Assembly (NCBI GenBank): GCA_024704765.1
Contig: JAKMXF010000111.1
Coordinates: 1,809,627-1,873,626, forward strand
From: Oopsacas minuta
Lineage: Eukaryota > Animalia > Porifera
Direction of reading: 5' to 3'
DNA length: 64,000 bases
Below, in pieces: positions 63,313 through 64,000 of the stretch. The first letter of the stretch is position 1; the number at the start of each line of letters is the position of its first letter. Under the pieces are notes generated by a model. It was given only the letters and a program-made list of their open reading frames with translations. It searched no databases and was not told where the DNA came from. Position numbers and translations under genes: made by a program.

Positions 63313-64000
63313 CACTTTGTATGTATTCTCATTTGTTTACCAACATTGATAAATGCTGTAGAGAATATTATCATATGTAACATTTAACCAGGTGATAAAT
63401 GCTGGGGTACAATTTGTGTGAGGTATGACTGTTTGTATTAACTTTGATTTAGGAATTTGGTGAAGCAATTTTTCTAAATAATTCCCAAATTATATGCTTA
63501 GTAAGCATGTTTGGCGAAAAGGCATATTAAATATTATGATGATAAAGTTCGAAAGTTCAGAAATTATAGCACAGACAATGACTGGCACATGTCATGTCAA
63601 TATTCACTATAACTCGAAAATCAAGTAGAGTAGAGCCTAGTTAATACGAATATGGTTAAGATGTAACTCAGGGTAAGGAGTTCGAATCTTGTCAGTCCCC
63701 TGGTGTATGTCTCATCGAGACTCTACTGTATGTACGTATATGTACATATATACAGATTAATTGCGGTATAACAGTATAGATAAGTAATTACTCCATACTT
63801 GACGTATAATATAAATGCCCAAGTGCATGTCACCTGGTATACTATCATTGTTTAATGGCAGCACTGCCTCACAAAAGAAAGATCGTCTGAGGAAGGCAAA
63901 CTCATACAAATGAAGTTAGTGTCAGATGTAGATAAACAGTAGCAAGATGACAAATTAGTTCAGTTAGCGTAGCATGCGGAACGATGCTTTGTTTGCTGAG

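Noticed and set aside
63640-63700. tRNA or tRNA-derived SINE (tggttaag ... gagttcgaatct); similar B-box at ~17487
   Set aside because: No cloverleaf can be folded and the A-B box spacing is too short. At most a decayed SINE head.
1-64000. Fanzor/TnpB, Helitron Rep-helicase, Polinton or prokaryotic defence genes
   Set aside because: No RuvC/Zn-ribbon TnpB motifs, HUH/helicase motifs, pPolB or capsid ORFs, or operon-like organisation were seen in any frame.

Overview
AT-rich animal genomic DNA. The compact introns and the adhesion-GPCR style suggest a non-bilaterian such as a sponge, but that is only an inference. Most of the window is a nested graveyard of DNA transposons: Tc1 DD34E, DD37E, maT DD37D, mariner DD34D, pogo/Tigger, several hAT lineages, Merlin, THAP/P-like, Transib/RAG1-like and Chapaev, plus a Ty3/Gypsy gag-protease remnant. 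Essentially all transposases carry stops or frameshifts. Only two host genes are recognisable: an intronless ZNF330/NOA36 (37202-38014) and the GPS+7TM exons of an adhesion GPCR (61853-63312). Two results stand out. (1) A Transib/RAG1-like transposon with both ends intact (8077-12315, 5-bp TSD TGGTC). Its left end starts with the exact RSS heptamer CACAGTG, its ends are bipartite with 12- versus 21-nt spacing, and its transposase has an N-terminal segment in register with the RAG1 nonamer-binding domain. It has no RAG2-like gene. (2) An ~18.2-kb inversion (~39561-57725), shown by a split maT transposase, a split Gypsy gag, and a Chapaev element and its mariner host whose separated parts rejoin with a matching 4-bp TSD. 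All identifications come from manual motif reading; no database searches were run.
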